Source of the DNA: Phage NC-G | Length of the DNA stretch: 64,000 nucleotides | Sequence record: MK310184 | Strand: one strand, 5' to 3' | In this document: positions 1 to 11,079 of the stretch, one piece after another | Layout of the letters: every line of letters begins with the position of its first letter | Numbering within the stretch: the stretch's first letter is position 1 | Program-made: the position numbers and the translations under genes | The notes under the pieces: generated by a model | Told to the model about the DNA's origin: nothing | Seen by the model: only the letters and a program-made list of their open reading frames with translations | Database searches by the model: none

Positions 1-1560
1 GAAACCACTGCAGGAACTTCTAAAGTTTTGGCTGTAAGCCCTTCTGGTTTAAAATATGTAGTACAGACCGAAACCACTTGGGAAGCTACTGCGCTTCGTC
101 GTGGATTTGTTAAATTGACCGAAGGCGCTTTGACTTACTCAGGAAATAAAGTTACCGGTTCCGGTGTTAAATTTAACTCGGGTACAGGCCTTTATGAGAA
201 TGACGATACTGTTCTGAATGCAGCCAACTATCCTAAAACAGGTTATGCGGTTTCATCTTACGAGATGAATAAAACTTTACAGAACTTTTTACCTATAAAT
301 GCTACGGCGGTGAACTCCGAGAAATTGGATGGCCTGGATTCACTTCAGTTCATTCGTAGAGACGTCGACCAAACGGTTAATGGTTCTTTAACCCTGACCA
401 AACAATTGAACCTGGCGGCCCCTCTGGTGTCTTCTAGTACTGCTACATTTACGGATGTTACAGCTACTAATTCTACCTTTGGTACAGTGAACGTTGTTAA
501 CGGAACTAATAAATGGAAAATAACATCTCCATCTACCGGAACTACGTTAACTATCGGTGATACTACTAACGTATTAACCATGAACACTGCTACAGGTAAT
601 GTTGCTGCACTTAACAACCTTAGCGCGGGTAATGATGTTCAAGCCAAAAATAACTTTGTGTTAAATGGAAGAACTATCGCAACCACCACCGGTGAAGCTT
701 CTGGTGCTACATTGTCTTTAGGCGATAACTCACAGAATTTAGTGCTCAAAACTCTTGATGCTGGTAATATCATAGCAAATGGTGGCGGTGCATTTAAAGT
801 TCTTACTGAGAAAAACGCAGTAGAAATTGTAGACAGAAACTTTGTTAACCAAGCCGGTGATACAATGTCCGGTGTACTCCGTGTGAATGCTCCGGTTCGT
901 GTATTTGGTACTAAGCCTACTCTTGCTTCTCAGGTTCCTACTGCGGAAACAGTCGGCTTCTGGTCTGTTGATATCAATGACGAGGCCACTTATAGTAAGT
1001 TCCCTGGTTACTGGACTATGAAGACCAAACGTCAGGTTAATATCGATACGGTCCAAACTAAACCTGCTGGTGTTTCTGATGAGGTATGGAATGCTTCTGG
1101 TTGGTTAACGGAAACCGGTGCATTTAGTTCTCCAGCTATTCGTTATCGTAACGAAGACGGTAGTTTTGGTGATGAAGTTCTTGGTACGTCTGGCCAGAAA
1201 TTACGTGGCGCTTGGTTTGATTATTCTGTTCGTGATAAGGAAGTTAAATACCCGGGTACATTAACTCAGTTTGGTAATACGTTAGATTCATGTTATCAGG
1301 ATTGGGTGTGCTATCCTACAGGACTGAATGGCGGTACTATCCGTTACACCCGTACCTGGCAGAAGAATAAAAACGCATGGACTACGTTCTCAATGGTCTA
1401 TACGGCAGATAACCCTCCTTCTGCAGAAGATGTTGGTGCATTGCCTGCTGATAACGCTACAATGGGTAACATTACAATCCTTGATTGGTTGCGTATTGGT
1501 AACGTTCGCATTATTCCTGACCCGGTCACTAAATCCGTTAAGTTTGAGTGGATTGAATAA
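1..1560 (+). CDS. 34: Long tail fibre proximal subunit gp34, C-terminal 510 aa (5' end lies outside the window)
   Basis: Reading frame is open from base 1 (track ORF 28..1560 begins at a TTG); lies directly upstream of 35-36-37-38 in T4 order; Thr/Asn/Gly-rich fibre-like composition. Confidence 0.75.
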   Translation, partial: ETTAGTSKVLAVSPSGLKYVVQTETTWEATALRRGFVKLTEGALTYSGNKVTGSGVKFNSGTGLYENDDTVLNAANYPKTGYAVSSYEMNKTLQNFLPINATAVNSEKLDGLDSLQFIRRDVDQTVNGSLTLTKQLNLAAPLVSSSTATFTDVTATNSTFGTVNVVNGTNKWKITSPSTGTTLTIGDTTNVLTMNTATGNVAALNNLSAGNDVQAKNNFVLNGRTIATTTGEASGATLSLGDNSQNLVLKTLDAGNIIANGGGAFKVLTEKNAVEIVDRNFVNQAGDTMSGVLRVNAPVRVFGTKPTLASQVPTAETVGFWSVDINDEATYSKFPGYWTMKTKRQVNIDTVQTKPAGVSDEVWNASGWLTETGAFSSPAIRYRNEDGSFGDEVLGTSGQKLRGAWFDYSVRDKEVKYPGTLTQFGNTLDSCYQDWVCYPTGLNGGTIRYTRTWQKNKNAWTTFSMVYTADNPPSAEDVGALPADNATMGNITILDWLRIGNVRIIPDPVTKSVKFEWIE

Positions 1561-1568
1561 GAGGTATT

Positions 1569-2690
1569 ATGGAAAGATTTATGGCAGAATTTGGACAAGG
1601 ATATGTCCAGGTTCCTACATTATCTGAAAACAATGCTGTAAGGTATAAACTTAGTATAGCTGGTAGTTGTACTAAGTCTACTAAAAAGGCGTATGTTAAA
1701 TTTCAAGATGGGGACTTCGGTCCCCAGAATTTTCAAAATGGACTAAACCTTATAGAAATTGATGTTAGTGCCGAACCTAAAGTGGTGGCTAACAAAACTT
1801 ATAGCTTTACAAAAGATTTTGATGTTATCTCTGAAGCTTTTATTACTTACATAAGTTCAATACCAGCCAATAGAATAGTTTGTTTAGTATCTTCCGGTAG
1901 ATTAAATGCTTCACAGAAACTTATTGATTGGTTCCGTGCAGCTGGAAGTACCGCATTTCCATCTAAATGGCTAATAGACCGCTTCGAGCCGTCTTATTCG
2001 GCCTTTTATGTGTCTGGTAGAAATACTATAGTGATGGAACATGTCCTTTATAATGATGGGGTGTTTGTTGAAGATGTTTCTACACCGTTAGAAGTCGTTT
2101 TTGACGATATCAGTGATGTAGGCGGGACCGGGTATCCTATAAGAATAGTGGAAGATGAAAACACTTATCTAAGTAATGGTGGGGAGGAAATAAAACGTTT
2201 CCCTACTGAATCTCCTACTACTCCTTGCGCTGATTATAATATGAAGCCTGGAGAATTCTTTTACCTTAAATTCCAAATGATGTGTGACCAGGAATTAAAA
2301 GATTTAGGGACTTCTCAAATGTCTGTTAGATTTTTTGATTCTAATAATGCTTTAACCGGTACGGTAAATATGGAAGTCCCATCTAATGTCCCTGCCGGGT
2401 CTTGGATGACTTTTGAGCGGGTAATTGAAGTTCCTGCTAATACTGAAACATTTACATTGTATGCAAGAAAAACAGTGGCCGATGGAGTTGGCGGTGTACG
2501 TAATGTGATGTTTGGGGAAGTATCAGAGCCAGAATCACAGCCTAAATCGGCTGAATTTGGTGTAAATGGTATTCGTATGAATTTCGGTACCGAAACTAAG
2601 AATATGGGTACTACCATAGCCCAGTTATACGATAAAACAGGTACTAAACCGGGACAGGTTTGGGTGTCTGAATTTAGAGAAAAATATTAA
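1569..2690 (+). CDS. 35: Tail fibre hinge protein gp35
   Basis: 373 aa (T4 gp35 is 372 aa); synteny between 34 and 36. Confidence 0.75.
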   Translation: MERFMAEFGQGYVQVPTLSENNAVRYKLSIAGSCTKSTKKAYVKFQDGDFGPQNFQNGLNLIEIDVSAEPKVVANKTYSFTKDFDVISEAFITYISSIPANRIVCLVSSGRLNASQKLIDWFRAAGSTAFPSKWLIDRFEPSYSAFYVSGRNTIVMEHVLYNDGVFVEDVSTPLEVVFDDISDVGGTGYPIRIVEDENTYLSNGGEEIKRFPTESPTTPCADYNMKPGEFFYLKFQMMCDQELKDLGTSQMSVRFFDSNNALTGTVNMEVPSNVPAGSWMTFERVIEVPANTETFTLYARKTVADGVGGVRNVMFGEVSEPESQPKSAEFGVNGIRMNFGTETKNMGTTIAQLYDKTGTKPGQVWVSEFREKY

Positions 2691-2712
2691 GGAACCTTCG
2701 GGTTCCTTTTTC
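2691..2712 (+). terminator. Rho-independent terminator after gene 35
   Basis: GGAACC-TTCG-GGTTCC hairpin followed by TTTTT. Confidence 0.6.
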
Positions 2713-2765
2713 GTTTTCTACAGCCATAAATATATAAAAGGCTATAACTCCCAAAGGAAACTCAA

Positions 2766-3413
2766 ATGGCAGATTTAAAATTAGGTTCTACAGCAGGAGG
2801 TTCGGTATTATGGCACCAAGGTAATTTCCCCTTAACGCCCGTATCAAATGACCTTCTTTACAAAACATATAAAGTTTACACCGAGTATAATAAACCTCAA
2901 GCAGTTGATAACGATTTCGTTTCAAAAGCTAACGGTGGTAATTATCAGAACAACGTGTATTTTGAAAAAGGTTTGACCTTTAATGATACTAATGGATATG
3001 GTATTAAATTAGGAGCAAGAACAGGTGGAGCCCCGTTCACAGCTTCTTTCCGTATTAAAGGTGCTTTTGGATATGAAACGGAAGACGGTACTCCGTTTGT
3101 GATATTTGACCCAAGTACAGTAGTGGGTGCTAAACGTCTTACCGTAATGGGTGATTCATTATTCCGCCAAGTATATGATGAATCGGGCCGCGTATTCAGC
3201 CCTGGCAACACCCCTACTAAGGCCCAAGTTGGATTGTCATTAGTAGATAACGCAAAACAGGTCCAAATAAATAATACTAATATGCAAACCATGACTGGAG
3301 TACTTGCTGCTCCTAACTTCATTTCATTAAATCCGGCCTCTGACGCAGGACATGTTCCGCGTTTCGACCAGATTGTTATTAAAGATTCTATCCAAGATTT
3401 TGGTTATTATTAA
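2766..3413 (+). CDS. 36: Small distal tail fibre subunit gp36
   Basis: 215 aa (T4 gp36 is 221 aa); synteny. Confidence 0.75.
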   Translation: MADLKLGSTAGGSVLWHQGNFPLTPVSNDLLYKTYKVYTEYNKPQAVDNDFVSKANGGNYQNNVYFEKGLTFNDTNGYGIKLGARTGGAPFTASFRIKGAFGYETEDGTPFVIFDPSTVVGAKRLTVMGDSLFRQVYDESGRVFSPGNTPTKAQVGLSLVDNAKQVQINNTNMQTMTGVLAAPNFISLNPASDAGHVPRFDQIVIKDSIQDFGYY

Positions 3414-3421
3414 GAGGCATT

Positions 3422-6400
3422 ATGGCTACTTTAAAACAGATACAATTTAAAAGAAGTAAAGTAGCTGGTGTACGTCCTACGCCAGCGCAGTTGGCTGAAG
3501 GCGAGCTGGCTATTAACTTAAAAGACCGTTTGTTATTTACCAAAGATGACACTGGAGCGATTATCGACCTTGGCTTTGCTAAAGGTGGTAATATTGACGG
3601 TAACGTTATCCATAAAGGAAATTACACCCAGACAGGCGATTACGCCCTAAATGGTACCTTTACCCAAACCGGCGATTTTAATTTAACCGGTATTGCTCGT
3701 GTAACTCGTGATATTATTGCCGCAGGTCAGATATTGACCCACGGTGGCGAACTTATTTCTAAGAGTGCCTCAACTTCTCACCTTCGTTTCTTTGATGGCA
3801 ATGACCGTGAACGTGGTATTATCTTTTCTCCTAATAATGCAGGAGCAACCAACCAAGTAGTTAATATTCGAGTACAAGATTATTCTACTGCAAGCGAAAG
3901 CACTTATGCATTTTCAGGCAGTGGTTTGTTCACTTCACCTGAAGTATCAGCATGGAAATCTATTTCATCTCCACAAATTCTGACCGATAAAGTTATTACA
4001 AACGGGAAGAAGGCAGGCGATTATGATATCTATTCAATGGCTGATAATAGCCCATTGTCTGAAAGCGAAACAGCTATTAACCACCTTCGTGTTATGCGAA
4101 ATGCCGTAGGTGCTGGTGTATTCCATGAAGTTAAAGATAATGACGGGTTAACCTGGTATGCTGGAGATGGATTGGACGCTTATCTTTGGTCATTTACATG
4201 GTCAGGTGGATTGAAAGCGGGTCATTCCATGTCTGTTGGTCTTCCAGGTGGCCCTAAAGGATATTCTGAATTAGGAACAGCTTCAATTGCTCTTGGTGAT
4301 AATAATACCGGATTTAAATGGCATCAGGATGGATATTTCCATACAGTAAACAACGGCACAAGAACTTTCATCTACGGGCCGGAAGAAACACAAAGCCTTA
4401 GAAAAATGGTTATGGGCTATTCTCCGGATGGGGTTCTTATGACAACGCCGCCGGCAGAAAATTATGCCTTAGCTACTGTTGTCACTTATCATGATAATAA
4501 CGCGTATGGTGATGGTCAAACTCTTTTAGGTTATTATCAAGGTGGTAATTATCACCATTATTTCCGTGGTAAGGGTACTACAAACATTAACACCGCCGGT
4601 GGTTTGTTGGTTACTCCTGGTAATATTGATGTCGTTGGTGGTTCAGTTAATATTGATGGCCGTAATAACAACTCGGTTTTGCTTTTTAAAGGTTATACTG
4701 CTGGCCAGAGCTCTGTTGATAATATGTCTATTGCTGTATGGGGTAACACCTTTAACACGGTAGACGGCTTTCGTAAAAACGTGATGGAAATATCTGATGG
4801 TATTAGCTGGATGCATTATATTCAGCGTAATAAAGATAATACCATTGAGGCCGTATTAAATGGTCAACAAACTATTAACGAAAATCTTGTTGTCAAAAAA
4901 GATATTTTAGTTGATAAGGCGGTCCACACCGCCGGCGAAATTACTACAAGTGCCGTTAATGGGCTCCGCATCTGGAACGCAGATTATGGAGCCATTTTTA
5001 GACGTTCAGAAGAAAGTCTTCATATTATTCCAACTGCTTATGGCGAAGGCAAAAATGGCGATATCGGTCCACTTCGCCCGTTTAGTATGGCTTTAGATAC
5101 TGGTAAAGTTACTATTCCAGATTTACAATCAAAATACAATACGATCACTGCGAACGGCTATATTAAATTTGTTGGCCATGGTGCAGGCGCTGGTGGTTAT
5201 GATATTCAATATGCTCAAGCAGCTCCTGTTTTCCAGGAAATTGATGATGATGCTGTAAGCAAATATTATCCTATTGTTAAGCAAAAATTCTTACAAGGAA
5301 AAGCTGTTTGGTCTTTAGGTACTGAAATTAATTCTGGGACTTTTGTTTTGCACCATCTTAAAGAAGACGGGACCCAGGGTCATACCTCAAGATTTAATGC
5401 CGATGGTACAGTTAATTTCCCTGATAACGTGCAGGTTGGCGGTGGTGAAGCTACTATTGCTCGTAATGGTAACATCTTCTCTGATATTTGGAAAGTATTT
5501 ACCTCTGCCGGTGATATAACTAACATTCACGATGCTATTGCCTCTCGTGTTGCTAAAGAAGGCGATACAATGACAGGTAAGCTGACTATTGCCGCTGCGG
5601 ATGATGCTTTATTGATTAAAGCCCCGAATGCCAATAATAGTTCTCATATCCGTTCAGAAGTCGCCGGTTCTAATAGCTGGTTTGTTGGTAAAGGCGGTGA
5701 AAGTGATACGGTATCTTTTTATAACTACAAAACAACAACCGGTCTAGATTTGAGTGATAATGGAGTAATTTCATTTAGTCCTAAATCATTTAATTTAGCT
5801 CAAATGAGTGAAAACCGCCTGTGGATTAATGGAACAAGATGGGTTGCCACAAATCCAGGCGCTATTAGCGGACAATTCGCACTTGAGGCTCCTTTATTTG
5901 TAGAACACGGCTACCTGAATGGTAACGTTTATTACCCGATTGTTAAAGGCCGAAGTTCTTCTGCAGGGTTTGGATACACGTCCTCCGTAGAGCTAGGTAC
6001 TTTACGCAGTGGTAATGCGGACTGGGCCACTGGTTGTATAATTGTTCGTTCAGCTGAAAATACACCAGAACAAGGACATCCTGCAGCGGTTTATCAATTT
6101 AAGGCCAACGGCCAGTTTAGTTCCCCGGGAAGAATTGTTTCAGGATGGACAGGTATGGGTGTAGGTGTTGAACCCGCCTGGACTACGCCGTGTATTGCTA
6201 TTGGCGACAATGACACTGGATTGCTCTGGGAAAGCGATGGCGTCTACAACATGTATGCTAACGGGCAAGGTGTATTCAGTATTCGAGCCGGACTTGCTCA
6301 GACATTCGGTGGTGTTAACTTACACTGTAATGCAGGTATGTATGTTCGTGATAACATTGATGTTAACGACGTTTATATTCGTTCTGATATTCGTTGTAAG

Positions 6401-6700
6401 TCGGAAATTAAGCTTATCGAGAATGCCCAAGAGAAATCTAAACTCTTAGGCGGTTATACTTATCTGCTTAAAAACTCTGTCACAGATGAAGTTAAACCGT
6501 CTGCCGGTTTAATTGCCCAGGAAGTTCAAGAAGTATTGCCTGAACTTGTGACCGAAGATAAAGAGACTGGCTTACTTCGTTTAAACTATAACGGTATTAT
6601 CGGTTTAAATACTGCTACTATCAACGAGCATACTGACGAAATCAAGGAATTGAAATCTGAAATTGCTGAGTTGAAAGCATTAATTAAATCATTATTATAA
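3422..6700 (+). CDS. 37: Large distal tail fibre subunit gp37 with C-terminal intramolecular-chaperone-like domain
   Basis: 1092 aa; N-terminus [13 protein letters not shown]...[10 protein letters not shown] matches the T4 gp37 N-terminus from memory; the last ~110 aa resemble an S74-type self-cleaving chaperone domain. Confidence 0.9.
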   Translation: MATLKQIQFKRSKVAGVRPTPAQLAEGELAINLKDRLLFTKDDTGAIIDLGFAKGGNIDGNVIHKGNYTQTGDYALNGTFTQTGDFNLTGIARVTRDIIAAGQILTHGGELISKSASTSHLRFFDGNDRERGIIFSPNNAGATNQVVNIRVQDYSTASESTYAFSGSGLFTSPEVSAWKSISSPQILTDKVITNGKKAGDYDIYSMADNSPLSESETAINHLRVMRNAVGAGVFHEVKDNDGLTWYAGDGLDAYLWSFTWSGGLKAGHSMSVGLPGGPKGYSELGTASIALGDNNTGFKWHQDGYFHTVNNGTRTFIYGPEETQSLRKMVMGYSPDGVLMTTPPAENYALATVVTYHDNNAYGDGQTLLGYYQGGNYHHYFRGKGTTNINTAGGLLVTPGNIDVVGGSVNIDGRNNNSVLLFKGYTAGQSSVDNMSIAVWGNTFNTVDGFRKNVMEISDGISWMHYIQRNKDNTIEAVLNGQQTINENLVVKKDILVDKAVHTAGEITTSAVNGLRIWNADYGAIFRRSEESLHIIPTAYGEGKNGDIGPLRPFSMALDTGKVTIPDLQSKYNTITANGYIKFVGHGAGAGGYDIQYAQAAPVFQEIDDDAVSKYYPIVKQKFLQGKAVWSLGTEINSGTFVLHHLKEDGTQGHTSRFNADGTVNFPDNVQVGGGEATIARNGNIFSDIWKVFTSAGDITNIHDAIASRVAKEGDTMTGKLTIAAADDALLIKAPNANNSSHIRSEVAGSNSWFVGKGGESDTVSFYNYKTTTGLDLSDNGVISFSPKSFNLAQMSENRLWINGTRWVATNPGAISGQFALEAPLFVEHGYLNGNVYYPIVKGRSSSAGFGYTSSVELGTLRSGNADWATGCIIVRSAENTPEQGHPAAVYQFKANGQFSSPGRIVSGWTGMGVGVEPAWTTPCIAIGDNDTGLLWESDGVYNMYANGQGVFSIRAGLAQTFGGVNLHCNAGMYVRDNIDVNDVYIRSDIRCKSEIKLIENAQEKSKLLGGYTYLLKNSVTDEVKPSAGLIAQEVQEVLPELVTEDKETGLLRLNYNGIIGLNTATINEHTDEIKELKSEIAELKALIKSLL

Positions 6701-6703
6701 GAA

Positions 6704-6719
6704 AGGGCCTTCGGGCCCT
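6704..6719 (+). promoter_or_regulatory. GC-rich hairpin with UUCG loop between genes 37 and 38
   Basis: AGGGCC-TTCG-GGCCCT immediately followed by the GGAGG ribosome-binding site of gene 38; no T-run. Confidence 0.4.
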
Positions 6720-6729
6720 GGAGGTTTTT

Positions 6730-7509
6730 ATGGCAGTAGTAGGAATTCCTGGTTGGATTGGAACTTCAGCGGTTGCTGAAACAGGCCAGCGTTGGATGTC
6801 AGCGGCCTCTAGAGAATTACGTCTAGGGAACCCATCTTGGATGTCCCAATTTGCTGGTCGCTCAAGAGAAATTATTCACACACTTGGCGCCGACCATAAC
6901 TTTAATGGGCAATGGTTTAGAGACCGTTGTTTTGAAGCCGGCGGTGCTCCTATAGTGTTTAATATCACAGGCAACTTAGTATCATATACTAAAGATGTTC
7001 CGTTGTTCTTTATGTACGGTGATACCCCTAACGAATATGTTACTTTGAATATTCATGGTGGTGTTCATATGTGGGGCCGAGGTGGCAACGGTACAGTAAA
7101 TGGAAGCCCAGGCACTAATGGTGGTGACGTAATCCAAAATGATATTGGTGGACGACTTCGCATTTGGAATTATGGCGTGATAGCCTCCGGTGGTGGTGGT
7201 GGCGGTGCCGCATCATTACAGAATAGTTGGCCTGCAAATGCTACAGCAGGTGGCGGCGGCGGCAGGCCATTTGGTCTCGGCGGTGGTGGTGTTAATTGGC
7301 CAGGCGGCAATGCTAGTTATGATGGTCCAGGTGGCGGTGGTAATGCAAGCCAATTTGGCGGCGGCAATGGCGGTGATGCTGGAGGCGCTGGCGGCGATGG
7401 ATGGGGTAATCACTTATCCAGGTCGGGTGGTGGTGCTCCTGGTAGAGCAGTATTCGGTTCCTCTCCATCATGGGGCGCTACAGGCACCATCTACGGCTCT
7501 TGGTTATAA
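6730..7509 (+). CDS. 38: T2-type tail fibre adhesin gp38 with glycine-rich motifs
   Basis: 259 aa; runs of GGGGG alternating with short variable segments in the C-terminal half; synteny after gene 37. Confidence 0.8.
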   Translation: MAVVGIPGWIGTSAVAETGQRWMSAASRELRLGNPSWMSQFAGRSREIIHTLGADHNFNGQWFRDRCFEAGGAPIVFNITGNLVSYTKDVPLFFMYGDTPNEYVTLNIHGGVHMWGRGGNGTVNGSPGTNGGDVIQNDIGGRLRIWNYGVIASGGGGGGAASLQNSWPANATAGGGGGRPFGLGGGGVNWPGGNASYDGPGGGGNASQFGGGNGGDAGGAGGDGWGNHLSRSGGGAPGRAVFGSSPSWGATGTIYGSWL

Positions 7510-7525
7510 TACGAAAGTATTAAAT

Positions 7526-7533
7526 TATAAATA
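7526..7533 (+). promoter_or_regulatory. T4-type late promoter for holin gene t
   Basis: Exact TATAAATA about 19 nt upstream of the t start codon. Confidence 0.6.
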
Positions 7534-7551
7534 TCTTTAAAGGAGAAAAGT

Positions 7552-8205
7552 ATGGAACCAAAAGTAGGATTTTCATTATCAGACCTACTTTTTGGACTTC
7601 TTGATAGAATTTTTAAAGATACTTCTTCCGGGAAAGTTGTTTTTTCCCGGGTCCTAGTCGTAATATTATTGTTCTTTATGGCATTAGTTTGGTATAAAGG
7701 CGAGCATATTCTAAACTTTTATAAAGAGACAACTTATGCCTCTTATACTGAAATGATTAGACAAGACCAGGACAATAGATTTAAAATTGCGGCTATCGAG
7801 CAGCTCCGAATAGTGCATTCTTCTTCAGGCGCAGACTTCACAGCAATATATTCTTTTAGACCAACCAACATGAATTATTTTGTGGACATGGTTGCTTATG
7901 AGGGTAAATTACCGGAAACGGTAGACGCAAAAAATACGGGAGGATTTCCGATTGACAAAACGTCAGTAGAGTATATGGCGGGAGTTAACGGAAACTATTT
8001 TGAATCAAGTACAGAAACTGTGTTCCTTCCTACAAAGAAGAAAACCCAATTCACGTATATGTTTTCATGCCCGTTTTTTAATTTGGATAACATCTATGCC
8101 GGCTCGATATCATTATACTGGTATGACATCAAACCGGATTTAGGATTTCCTAGACTTTCGTCTATGTGTGGTCAGGCTGGGAGGACATTAGGTCGAACTC
8201 GTTAA
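7552..8205 (+). CDS. t: Holin T
   Basis: 217 aa; LLFGLLDR...VVILLFFMALVWY motif and length match T4 holin (218 aa) from memory. Confidence 0.9.
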   Translation: MEPKVGFSLSDLLFGLLDRIFKDTSSGKVVFSRVLVVILLFFMALVWYKGEHILNFYKETTYASYTEMIRQDQDNRFKIAAIEQLRIVHSSSGADFTAIYSFRPTNMNYFVDMVAYEGKLPETVDAKNTGGFPIDKTSVEYMAGVNGNYFESSTETVFLPTKKKTQFTYMFSCPFFNLDNIYAGSISLYWYDIKPDLGFPRLSSMCGQAGRTLGRTR

Positions 8206-8477
8206 AAATTGGAGGTATACATCATTAAGTAACGGTGTATATCTTCATACCCTTCATTAAATTGCTCAATAAGAGTATCACGTTCATCTTCAGTTAAAGA
8301 CTTAAAGAGTTTATTAAAAGATAGACCGTTAAGTTCCTTTCCATGTTCATTACGAATACCCAACTCATTCAAAAAGGCAATAAACTCATCACGACGTTGC
8401 ATGATGTCTTCACAATCCGTTTTAATCAAAATAGAAACAATGGTAGCAATTTCGGAAACGATTTCAATTTTAGTCAT
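8202..8477 (-). CDS. asiA: Anti-sigma-70 factor AsiA
   Basis: 91 aa; SILIK...FIAFLNE...EQFNEGYE...RYLMMYT resembles T4 AsiA (90 aa); its stop overlaps the stop of t. Confidence 0.85.
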   Translation of the reverse strand: MTKIEIVSEIATIVSILIKTDCEDIMQRRDEFIAFLNELGIRNEHGKELNGLSFNKLFKSLTEDERDTLIEQFNEGYEDIHRYLMMYTSNF

Positions 8478-8789
8478 TTTAATTTACTCAAGTATTCAAT
8501 AGGACATTCATTTATTCAGTAATAATATTGTAACACTATTCTTCTGGGTTGTACACCTGATTTTTCATCCGTACAACATATTCCTGATACATTTCTTCGA
8601 TAGGTTCCTGGAACTTAAAATCAGCTCCTAGGAATTCCTCAAAGCACGCCTGCTCACGCGTACGCATACCTGTTACGGTGTTCTCTAAGTTATGACTCAT
8701 ACCCTTTACCCTTATGTTTCTGCTTACGCTTAGACTCTTTAAAATTTTTCTTCTTATCTTTATGGACGGAAGCCTTATTGAAATCGTGC

Positions 8790-9074
8790 TTAGCTACCAG
8801 ATTGTTCATCACGTAATTTCCTTAATTGATATTCAAGAGAACTGATAATTTCTTTATTAGTTGCAATATACATATCACGTAGGAACGGCTTCAACCCTTC
8901 CATATTCCCATGGATTGTCTTGGAACTAATATTCTTTATATATTCATGGTCTAATGCATCCCAAGCAGGTTGGTTGACATAAGTTCCCCAATTATCTTCC
9001 ACCATAACATTCAGACGTTTAATATGGTTGATATGGGCTTCGATTGCATCAATCTGGAGTTGTTTAAGATTCAT
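8790..9074 (-). CDS. Hypothetical early protein (arn region)
   Basis: 94-aa ORF, tightly packed. Confidence 0.45.
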   Translation of the reverse strand: MNLKQLQIDAIEAHINHIKRLNVMVEDNWGTYVNQPAWDALDHEYIKNISSKTIHGNMEGLKPFLRDMYIATNKEIISSLEYQLRKLRDEQSGS

Positions 9075-9562
9075 TAGTAAAGGTCCTCAGAGTAAAGTTC
9101 TTTTTCACTACCACCACGTTCAATACGAACTTGGTTAGCATATGTTGCAATAATCATTGCTTCTTCGCGAGTCCAATAGTTTGAATATTGGTCAATAAAT
9201 CCTTGGTCATCGCCACAAACATGGTCTGACACAAGTTTATCACTTACCTGGTCAAGCACTTCTGCCATATCTTTAGAATAATGTCGAGCGCCAGGAATAA
9301 CCAAAGTCCCACCGTCTTTTAACTTAAAGCGGTTGGCTGCACATACAATCCTACGCTGATATTTTTCATTGTTGTTCCAATAAGCAATCTGCCAACAGAT
9401 TTCAGGAACCTCTTCCAAAACATCCTCTTCCGAATATTCAGCGTAATCGCCGTAGGCCTGTAATTTAGCTGCTAAGCTTTCAGGCGTCTCGCGAGAAAGG
9501 GCTTTATCCAACAGGGCCATACGGTCTTTAAAGGATAATTCTTTACCTTTTAATGGATTCAT
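9074..9562 (-). CDS. Hypothetical early protein
   Basis: 162-aa ORF; start overlaps the stop of the upstream gene. Confidence 0.5.
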   Translation of the reverse strand: MNPLKGKELSFKDRMALLDKALSRETPESLAAKLQAYGDYAEYSEEDVLEEVPEICWQIAYWNNNEKYQRRIVCAANRFKLKDGGTLVIPGARHYSKDMAEVLDQVSDKLVSDHVCGDDQGFIDQYSNYWTREEAMIIATYANQVRIERGGSEKELYSEDLY

Positions 9563-9906
9563 TTGAAAATCACCTTACGGCCATTATCTTTAGCAAATTC
9601 TTGAATTTTGGTGGCGGTATCAATTAAATCACCTTTATAATAGGATGATAATTTAATATCAACTGTTTGGGCCACGCCATGCGAAGTTATGTTTACTTTT
9701 TCTATAAAAATAATCTCAAGAAACCGCAATAACTGCATACCGAATTCAAGATGAACATTGTCAATCTGGAGATTGAGTTGATAAATTTTCTTAATACCAT
9801 TTACCAAAGCTACACGTTCGTCCCAATCATTACGCTGTTCTTCAATCAATTTAAGGGAATGACCTTCGCCGTCCCAGTTAAGTTCCATCGGAATCATTTG
9901 AACCAC
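9559..9906 (-). CDS. Hypothetical early protein
   Basis: 115-aa ORF with 4-nt overlap. Confidence 0.5.
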   Translation of the reverse strand: MVQMIPMELNWDGEGHSLKLIEEQRNDWDERVALVNGIKKIYQLNLQIDNVHLEFGMQLLRFLEIIFIEKVNITSHGVAQTVDIKLSSYYKGDLIDTATKIQEFAKDNGRKVIFK

Positions 9907-10223
9907 CCTTTAACACGTTGCCATAAAGTTTTCTGTTGAGCTTTATTAACACCAATTGAACGAATAACTGGTTGTGATTCCTGGTATTCTTTGTAGTCGG
10001 CTTTATAGACTTCATAAGCAGCTGGAACAAAGGTGCTGATGGCAGCCATAAAGTTCTTACGAATTCCCATAGAAGCTTCAGAACCACCACGGATGATTAA
10101 GTATTTACCCGCTTTAATCTTAACAATAGTTCCAAGATAAGCGCCATGGTACCAAATATCCCAACCTTCTTGAGTAGGTTCTGCACAACGACGAAGTTCA
10201 TTAACAATATTCAGCTTGTTCAT
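9894..10223 (-). CDS. Hypothetical early protein (motA.1 position)
   Basis: 109-aa ORF directly upstream of motA. Confidence 0.5.
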   Translation of the reverse strand: MNKLNIVNELRRCAEPTQEGWDIWYHGAYLGTIVKIKAGKYLIIRGGSEASMGIRKNFMAAISTFVPAAYEVYKADYKEYQESQPVIRSIGVNKAQQKTLWQRVKGWFK

Positions 10224-10241
10224 AATAATTTCCTCAGTCAG

Positions 10242-10874
10242 TTAAATTGCATTAGTTACGGTTTTGATAACTTCAGATGATACGTTTTGGAAGTCAATAT
10301 AAGTATTCTTACCACCAGTCTTAATCTTAACATCAAGATTCAAGGAAGTAAACACTTGTTTTTCTTTATCAGTCATATTATAACCGAAGATACGCATCAT
10401 TCCGTCACGACGGACTTCGATTTGGCGAATACCGTTGGTACGTTTAGCGAATCGAACTTCAAGATTGCTACGGTTTTCAGCAATTTCACGAATCTCGATA
10501 CGGTCTTCTAACAAAGATTTAACTTCATCAGCCAATACCACCATTTCAGGAGTAACACCACGTGAACTGCGAGTTTTACGTTTTTCCAACATCTCTGGAG
10601 CATTTTCAGAAGCGAACAGGTCGGCAGCTTTTTGAACTAGGTCCATTGCTTCACCCGTAGCCACCAGTCCATCACCGGATTTTTCGATGAATCCTTTCTT
10701 AATCAATACACCGATGTTAGAATTAACTACCGCAGCACTAAATTGCTCACTCAGGGCTTCACGGACTTCGCCTGAAGTGATGAAGTTATGCTTGATGATA
10801 TGTACTAAGATAGAAGCCGTTTTTTCATTCAGGACGTCTTCAGAAGCTTTGATGATATAAGTAATTTTAGACAT
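10242..10874 (-). CDS. motA: Middle-promoter transcription activator MotA
   Basis: 210 aa; MSKITYIIKAS...NSNIGVLIKKG...TNGIR...MRIFGY matches T4 MotA (211 aa) from memory. Confidence 0.9.
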   Translation of the reverse strand: MSKITYIIKASEDVLNEKTASILVHIIKHNFITSGEVREALSEQFSAAVVNSNIGVLIKKGFIEKSGDGLVATGEAMDLVQKAADLFASENAPEMLEKRKTRSSRGVTPEMVVLADEVKSLLEDRIEIREIAENRSNLEVRFAKRTNGIRQIEVRRDGMMRIFGYNMTDKEKQVFTSLNLDVKIKTGGKNTYIDFQNVSSEVIKTVTNAI

Positions 10875-10908
10875 TTTAATCTCCGATAACCATTTATTTG
10901 ATAGGTCT

Positions 10909-10937
10909 ATAGTATCATGTTTAAAGCAGAAGTAAAC
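10909..10937 (-). promoter_or_regulatory. Early sigma-70 promoter cassette upstream of motA
   Basis: Minus-strand GTTTAC, 17-nt spacer, TACTAT; shares the core GTTGATAGGTCTATAGTATCATG with other cassettes. Confidence 0.6.
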
Positions 10938-10954
10938 ACCTTTTTTGCACTAAA

Positions 10955-10980
10955 CCAAAAAAGGAACCCGAAGGTTCCTT
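10955..10980 (-). terminator. Rho-independent terminator downstream of gene 52
   Basis: AAGGAACC-CGAA-GGTTCCTT hairpin with a T-run on the minus strand; A/T runs on both sides, possibly bidirectional. Confidence 0.6.
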
Positions 10981-11079
10981 ACTTTTTAAAGTGTGCCGCT
11001 ATTAAACCAATAGCTAAGCCTGTTGCCAGGCCTAGGATAACAGCAAAGATACAGAGTAACAAGAACTCGACTCCAAGGC

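Noticed and set aside
2721-2741. A T4 late promoter upstream of gene 36 (CATAAATATATAAAAG)
   Set aside because: AT-rich but no exact TATAAATA octamer; left uncalled, although a degenerate late promoter cannot be excluded.
7190-7540. Plus- and minus-strand ORFs (7190..7540, 7216..7413) encoding Ala/Val-rich or Thr/Ala-rich peptides inside gene 38
   Set aside because: Alternative-frame artefacts of the GGN-repeat glycine-rich coding sequence; gene 38 itself is the coherent reading frame.
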